A program made the position numbers and the translations under genes. Shown one piece after another: positions 55,582 to 60,947 of a DNA stretch of 60,947 bases; the stretch's first letter is position 1; the number at the start of each line of letters is the position of its first letter. The stretch spans positions 1 to 60,947 of the forward strand of contig JAJPHT010000037.1 in the NCBI GenBank assembly GCA_021325135.1, read 5' to 3'. The notes beneath the pieces were generated by a model, which had not been told where the DNA came from, did no database searches, and was given only the letters and a program-made list of their open reading frames with translations. This DNA is from Pseudomonadota bacterium. GTDB taxonomy: Archaea > Thermoplasmatota > SW-10-69-26 > JACQPN01 > JAJPHT01.

Positions 55582-58356
55582 ATGTCGATGGAGCAGGAGT
55601 ACCAGCTGGACTTCTTCAAGAAGAGCGGATTCCACCGGAAGACCTGCCCCTCGTGCAAGGGGGCGTTCTGGACGCTGGACGCGAAGCGCGAGCTTTGCGG
55701 CGACCCGCCCTGCGTCGAGTACTCGTTCATCGGCAACCCCGCGACGAAGCGCCCCTACAACCTCCACGAGATGCGCGAGGCGTTCCTCTCCTTCATGGAG
55801 CGGCACGGCCACAAGCGCGTGGGCCGCTATCCCGTGGTCGCGCGCTGGCGCGACGACATCTACCTCACCATCGCGAGCATCGCGGACTTCCAGCCCCACG
55901 TGACCAGCGGCGAGGTGGCGCCGCCCGCGAACCCCCTCACCATCTCGCAGCCTTGCATCCGCCTCAACGACCTGGACAGCGTGGGCAAGAGCGGCCGCCA
56001 CCTCACGACGTTCGAGATGATGGCGCACCACGTGTTCAACACGCCCGAGGAGTACATCTACTTCAAGGACCGCACCGTGGAGCTCTGCCACCAGTTCCTC
56101 ACGGAGGAATTGGGCATGCCCGGCGCGGAGGTCACCTACAAGGAGAACCCGTGGGCCGGAGGCGGCAACGCGGGCCCCGCCATCGAGGTCATGATCCGGG
56201 GCCTGGAGGTCGCGACGCTCGTGTTCATGATGTGGGTCGCGGACCCCAACGGGCCCATCGACGTGAAGGGCGAGAAGTACCGCGACATGCCCCTCAAGAT
56301 CGTGGACACGGGCTACGGCCTGGAGCGCCTCGTCTGGATCAGCAACGGCGCGCCCACCATCTACCAGGCACTCTTCCCCGACGCCGTGCGCTTCCTGCTC
56401 CGCGAGACGGGGCTCGAAGGCAAGGTGAGCGACCCGCGCGTGCAGCGCATGCTGGCGGACACCGCGCGCGCGAGCAGCATCATGTCCGTGGACACGGGCA
56501 CGAAGGTCCTGGAGCTTCGCAGGAAGGTCCACGCCGCGCTGCGCGCCAAGGGGGACGACATCTCCTTCGAGGACATGCTCTCCGTCTGGGAGCCGCTGGA
56601 GAAGATCTACGCGCTCACGGACCACGCGCGCTGCCTGGCGTTCATGCTGGGCGACGGCATCGTCCCCTCCAACGTCAAGGCGGGCTATCTCACGCGCATG
56701 GTGATCCGCCGCAGCCTGCGCCTCATGGACGAGCTTGGGCTGAAGATCACCTTGTACGACCTCGTGGACCGCCAGCTCCAGGCGTTCGCGACGGACTTCC
56801 CGGAGCTGTTCAAGCGCCGCGAGTACATCCACACGGTGCTGACGCTGGAGACCTCGCGCTACGCCGAGACGCTGGAGAAGGGCAAGCGCCTCGTGGAGCG
56901 CGAGGCGAAGGCGTTCAAGGGGAAGGAGCTGCCCCTGGAGAAGCTCATCGACCTCTACGACTCGCAGGGCGTCAACCCCGAGATCGTGAAGGCCACCGCG
57001 GAGCCCCTGGGCGTCAAGGTCGAGGTGCCCGACGACTTCTACAGCGCGGTCGCCAACAAGCACGCCAAGGCCAAGGCCGGCGAGACGGAGGACTACGACG
57101 CCGCGAAGGAGGACCGCCGCTTCGAGGGCCTGCCCTCGACGCGCGCCATCTACTACGAGGACTCCACCATCCGCGACTTCCACGCCAACGTCGTCTGGGC
57201 CGAGGGCGACCTCGTCGTGCTCGACCAGACGGCGTTCTACCCCGAGGGCGGCGGCCAGCCCCACGACGTGGGCCACCTGCACGTGGGGGACCACGGGAAG
57301 GAGAAGGGCCCGGTCGCCGACGTGGTCGACGTGCAGAAGTACGCCACCGCGGGCGGCAACGTCGTCGTCCACAAGGTGCGCGGCGCGTCGTTCCGCAAGG
57401 GCGACAAGGTCCATGGCCACGTGGACTGGGACCGCCGCACGGGCCACACGCGCCACCACACGGCGACGCACCTCATCCTCGCCTCCGCGAAGCAGGTGCT
57501 GGGCTTCCACACCTGGCAGGGCGGCGCGCAGAAGGGGTACGAGCGCAGCCGCGTCGACATCCAGCACTACAACCGCATCACCGACGAGCAGCTTCGCGCC
57601 ATCGAAGAGCTTGCCAACAAGGCAGTGCTGGACGATCGCAAGGTCGAGAAGGTCTGGATGCCCCGCGACCAGGCCGAGAAGGAGTTCGGCATGCAGCTCT
57701 ACCAGGGCGGCATCCCCAAGGGGCGCGACGTGCGCGTCGTGACGGTGCAGGACTTCGACGTGGAGTGCTGCGGAGGCACGCACGTGGGCAGCACCAACGA
57801 GATCGGCCCCATCAAGATCCTCCGCAGCGAGCGCGTGCAGGACGGCCTGGAGCGAATCGAGTTCAGCGCGGGCCTCGCGGCCATCCGCCAGATGCAGCAC
57901 AAGGACGCCATCCTCAAGGCCGCCGCCGAGACACTCTCCGTCCAGCCCGATGAGCTTCCCCGGACGACGCAGCGCTTCTTCGACGAGTGGAAGCATCTCC
58001 GCAAGGAGAACGAGGCGCTCAAGGCGCGCCTCGCGGAGTTCGAGAGCAAGAGCTTCTCGCCCCTCGTCACCGCCGAGGTGCAGGGCCACAAGGTCGCCGT
58101 GGACGTCAAGGCGGTCGACGCCGGCACGCTGCGCACGCTGGCGGTGGAGTTCGCCAAGGGCCAGCCCAACGCGGTGGCGCTCGTGAACCTCCAGGGCAAC
58201 TTCGTCGTGGCCGGGCCGGGCGCCGTGGACATCGCGAAGAAGCTCGCGGCCGGCAAGGCGGGCGGCAAGCCCGACCTCGCCCAGGGGAGCATCCCCGATT
58301 TCGCGGCCCCCGACGCGAAGCAGGCGGTCGAGCGCCTCCGAAGATTGCTCGGGTGA
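55582..58356 (+). CDS. alaS: Alanine--tRNA ligase (archaeal type)
   Basis: N-terminal CPSC..FWT, YPVVARWRDD, SQPCIR, FEMMAHH, DTGYGLER, editing HTATH and CCGGTH. Confidence 0.98.
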   Translation: MSMEQEYQLDFFKKSGFHRKTCPSCKGAFWTLDAKRELCGDPPCVEYSFIGNPATKRPYNLHEMREAFLSFMERHGHKRVGRYPVVARWRDDIYLTIASIADFQPHVTSGEVAPPANPLTISQPCIRLNDLDSVGKSGRHLTTFEMMAHHVFNTPEEYIYFKDRTVELCHQFLTEELGMPGAEVTYKENPWAGGGNAGPAIEVMIRGLEVATLVFMMWVADPNGPIDVKGEKYRDMPLKIVDTGYGLERLVWISNGAPTIYQALFPDAVRFLLRETGLEGKVSDPRVQRMLADTARASSIMSVDTGTKVLELRRKVHAALRAKGDDISFEDMLSVWEPLEKIYALTDHARCLAFMLGDGIVPSNVKAGYLTRMVIRRSLRLMDELGLKITLYDLVDRQLQAFATDFPELFKRREYIHTVLTLETSRYAETLEKGKRLVEREAKAFKGKELPLEKLIDLYDSQGVNPEIVKATAEPLGVKVEVPDDFYSAVANKHAKAKAGETEDYDAAKEDRRFEGLPSTRAIYYEDSTIRDFHANVVWAEGDLVVLDQTAFYPEGGGQPHDVGHLHVGDHGKEKGPVADVVDVQKYATAGGNVVVHKVRGASFRKGDKVHGHVDWDRRTGHTRHHTATHLILASAKQVLGFHTWQGGAQKGYERSRVDIQHYNRITDEQLRAIEELANKAVLDDRKVEKVWMPRDQAEKEFGMQLYQGGIPKGRDVRVVTVQDFDVECCGGTHVGSTNEIGPIKILRSERVQDGLERIEFSAGLAAIRQMQHKDAILKAAAETLSVQPDELPRTTQRFFDEWKHLRKENEALKARLAEFESKSFSPLVTAEVQGHKVAVDVKAVDAGTLRTLAVEFAKGQPNAVALVNLQGNFVVAGPGAVDIAKKLAAGKAGGKPDLAQGSIPDFAAPDAKQAVERLRRLLG

Positions 58357-58471
58357 TAGCTGAGCAGGCGCCGAGCGCCCGGCGCGCAGCGCCGTGGCGC
58401 GTGGCCTGCCCATCGCCCCGCGAAGCGGGGCCGCGTGGGGCGTATTGCGCCGCTGGTGCGCCAGCGGAAGC

Positions 58472-59491
58472 TCAGGCAGCGCCTCGCTTGAGGGACCAGA
58501 GCCGCTCGCGGCCGACGCTCTGAGCCTCGACGCGCCCCGCCCGCTCCAGCCTCACGAGATGATAGCTCGCGGCCTGCGGCGTCACCCCGAGCAGCGCCGC
58601 CAGCTCGCGCCCGCCCAGCGGCCCGCGCTCCTGGAGCGCGTCAAGGACGCGTTGCTGCGTCTCCGTGGGCGCGGGGCCTCCTTCGAGGGGCCGGGCGCCC
58701 ACGGGGTAGAACCGGCGGCGCAGCCCGTCGTGGCGCGTCGCGACGTGGCCGAAGCGCGCGAGGGTCCTCAGCTGGTGCCTCAGCGCGCCGCGGCCCAGCC
58801 CGGTCGCCCGCGAGAGGTCGCCATACGTCGCGCCGGGATGCTCCGCGAGCGCCGCGCAGATGCGGGCGCGGGAGTCGTCCTCCAGCAGGTCCCGCGCGCG
58901 GAGGCGCGAGTAGAGCCGCACGAAGGGCGCCGCCGCGGAGCGCCACGCGGGGGAGCGCAGGAGCGCCGCGAGGAGCATCGCCAGCGCCGTGAACCCCAGG
59001 GCGAGGCCCACGGACGCGTGCCCGCCGGCCAGGGGCCCCACCGCGGCCGCGGCGACGGCCAGCGGCGGGCCTGCGCCCTTCGGACCTGAGGCCGCCGCTG
59101 GGGGCTCCGCGCGGGGCTGGGCCCCTGGGGGATCGTCCACCACCGGGCCCAGCGGCTCGGAGGGCAGCGCGGGCGAGGGTGCGTCTCTGGGAGCCGGCGC
59201 CGCGTCCCACGGAGGGAAGAGGAGGCCCAGGTCGACGGGCGCTCCGCCCGGGAGCGTGCGGAGCAGAGGCGGAAGCGCGACGGGGACCTCTGGCGCCGTG
59301 GCGTTGGCCAGGGGCTGCGCCATCGGGAGATCGACGCCCCCCGCGGCCGGTGCCCCCGCGTCGCTCCCGGTCGACGCGAGCGTCAGGGGGGCCTCCGGAA
59401 GGGCACCCACGGGGAGGGCGGTGAGGTCCACCTGGGCCGACGCGAGCGGCGCCGCGAGGAGGAGCGCCAGGAGCCAGGGCCCGGGACGCAT
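58472..59491 (-). CDS. Membrane-anchored regulator: signal peptide, Pro-rich region, TM, tandem wHTH
   Basis: LYSRL...LLEDDSRARI...HPG; second HTH GVTPQAASYHL.RLERAG.V. Confidence 0.82.
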   Translation of the reverse strand: MRPGPWLLALLLAAPLASAQVDLTALPVGALPEAPLTLASTGSDAGAPAAGGVDLPMAQPLANATAPEVPVALPPLLRTLPGGAPVDLGLLFPPWDAAPAPRDAPSPALPSEPLGPVVDDPPGAQPRAEPPAAASGPKGAGPPLAVAAAAVGPLAGGHASVGLALGFTALAMLLAALLRSPAWRSAAAPFVRLYSRLRARDLLEDDSRARICAALAEHPGATYGDLSRATGLGRGALRHQLRTLARFGHVATRHDGLRRRFYPVGARPLEGGPAPTETQQRVLDALQERGPLGGRELAALLGVTPQAASYHLVRLERAGRVEAQSVGRERLWSLKRGAA

Positions 59492-59534
59492 GGATCGGCA
59501 GCGCAGAGAGTCGGCGCCAGGAAAAACCAAGCGC

Positions 59535-60029
59535 CTAGGGGGCCCCGCGGCGCGCCCAGAGCCCGTAGGCGTTCTGAAGCTCCGCGTCGCGAAGGAGGAG
59601 CACCACGTCGGGCAGGCACGCCGCGCCGAAGGCCAGCGCGAGGACGAAGGTGGCGTAGGTGGCGAGGTCGCGCTCCGCCACGAAGAGGAGCCGCAGCGGC
59701 ACGAGCACCGCGAGGAGCGCCAGGAGCGCGGCGCCCACGACGGCGCCCAGCGAGCCGCGGCGCACGCTCCAGGCGAGCGCCAGCGCGGCGGCCGCCCCCA
59801 AGGCCCATCCGAGGCTCCGGTCCGCGACGGCGCTGATCGCCATGAGGAGCGCGCCCACGGCGAGCAGGCTGGCGAGCCTCCGGCGGGCGCGGGGCGCCTG
59901 GCGCGCGAGCCGCGTCTCCTCGTAGGGGATCTCCGCCTCCGCGTCGACCTCCACGTCGAGCACGCGCGCCTTCTTGACCACGGCCGCGCCAGGGAGGGCC
60001 CCGCTCTTGAGGGTGACGCCCGGCGTCAC
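59535..60029 (-). CDS. Hypothetical membrane protein
   Basis: Four hydrophobic helices. Confidence 0.7.
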   Translation of the reverse strand: MTPGVTLKSGALPGAAVVKKARVLDVEVDAEAEIPYEETRLARQAPRARRRLASLLAVGALLMAISAVADRSLGWALGAAAALALAWSVRRGSLGAVVGAALLALLAVLVPLRLLFVAERDLATYATFVLALAFGAACLPDVVLLLRDAELQNAYGLWARRGAP

Positions 60030-60085
60030 GCGGGGCCCCCGCGGAGGACGCCACCCTTATCCACGGTCGCAGGGCCAGAGAGCCC

Positions 60086-60244
60086 ATGCAATGCGAGTTC
60101 TGCGACTCCGAGCTGCCTGACGTGGAGCCCGAGAACGTGGCCCTCCTGGAGCACGTCCAGGAGAGCGAGCCCTGCCACGAGCAGCTTGGTTACCTCCTGG
60201 AGAACCTCCACGCCTCCTGGACGCCGGCCATGAGCGGCGGGTAG
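60086..60244 (+). CDS. 52-aa Zn-finger-like microprotein (not in ORF track)
   Basis: MQCEFCDSELPDVEPENVALLEHVQESEPCHEQLGYLLENLHASWTPAMSGG; TATA-like cttat at 60056-60060. Confidence 0.78.
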   Translation: MQCEFCDSELPDVEPENVALLEHVQESEPCHEQLGYLLENLHASWTPAMSGG

Positions 60245-60576
60245 GCGCGGGAGCGGCCTCGTGGGTGGAGCGCTCCTCATTGCCGTGATCCTCACAGGAA
60301 TCCTTGAGGCAAGTTCAAACCATCCAAGGTGTTAGTGTTAGGTGAGAAAGTTACAAACACCTCGATCCTTCCTCGGGAAGAGCGGCCCATGGCGCGACCA
60401 GGGGGTTCAGATATTCGCTTCCGTGGCGAGGCCATGGGGTGATAGGTACGCCCCACTGTTGGGAATGGGTTAGATGTGTCCCACGAGAGTCCATCACAAC
60501 ATTCCTCCAGAATTGGTTTGCATAGCCTGCGCATCTTAGCGCCGCTGGCCTGTTGGGCTGGCGGAAGGCTAAACCC

Positions 60577-60947
60577 ATGAACAAGACTTCGATTCTTCTC
60601 GGCGCGCTTGTCGTCGTGGCGATGGCGCACGCCGTCGCCGTCGTGAACGCGAACAGCGTCTGCCCCGGCGCGAACCAGCCGGTGCACACGTATGGCGCCC
60701 CTGGCAACGTCGGTGAGAACTCGCACACCCTGTCCGAGTCGCACGGCGCGGGCGTCACGACCGTCCAGGACACGAACACGGCGGACTGCAACAACGACGG
60801 CATCCCCGGCGACTTCGACGGCGACCTCGACGCGGGTGTTGGCGGCGGCTTCTTCGGCAGCACCAACGCGTGGGACGTGGCCGATGGCTGCGGCTACGAC
60901 CTCAACGTCCACGCCTCGACCGGCACCGTGACGGACATCACGAGCCT
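60577..60947 (+). CDS. Secreted protein (3'-truncated by window edge)
   Basis: MNKTSILLGALVVVAMAHA signal; DCNNDGIPGDFDGD motif; open to window end. Confidence 0.8.
   Translation, partial: MNKTSILLGALVVVAMAHAVAVVNANSVCPGANQPVHTYGAPGNVGENSHTLSESHGAGVTTVQDTNTADCNNDGIPGDFDGDLDAGVGGGFFGSTNAWDVADGCGYDLNVHASTGTVTDITS

Noticed and set aside
1-60947. CRISPR array or rRNA
   Set aside because: No regularly spaced direct repeats and no rRNA-like sequence; the palindromic elements are inverted, not spacer-separated, repeats.

Overview
A ~61 kb segment of a high-GC archaeal chromosome, probably an uncultured Thermoplasmatota-type lineage (inference). Archaeal evidence: tRNA-Arg(GCG) without encoded CCA, AlaRS with an N-terminal CxxC, SUI1/aIF1, UPF0058, AbrB-PhoU, fused ADP-forming acyl-CoA ligase, and TATA-like boxes ~25 nt before start codons. 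The backbone carries glnA (partial), assorted oxidoreductases and transporters, a DUF4258/AbrB toxin-antitoxin-like pair, a membrane Ser/Thr kinase, a cluster of secreted proteins and lipoproteins, a divergent heme-copper oxidase cluster, a sugar/lactate/pyruvate oxidation cluster (GH35-like, PoxB-like, LarA, GH15, glucose dehydrogenase, NDH-2, FAD/Fe-S oxidase), a phosphate module (DUF47-PiT-PhoU), an M32 carboxypeptidase, sui1, tRNA-Arg and alaS. The standout is a lower-GC three-gene island at 48185-54066 (minus strand): an AIPR protein, a tRNA-guanine-transglycosylase (TGT) paralogue fused to an ArcS/DUF5591-like domain, and a translationally coupled GHKL/MORC-type ATPase. It is a candidate undescribed 7-deazaguanine DNA-modification/defence system. 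Secondary signals are a cytochrome oxidase subunit I lacking the K-channel lysine, three REP-like palindromic elements built from C-GNA-G triloop hairpins, a shared candidate operator upstream of the phosphate genes, and a 52-aa Zn-finger ORF missed by the ORF track. All family calls come from motif recognition by eye; no database searches were run.
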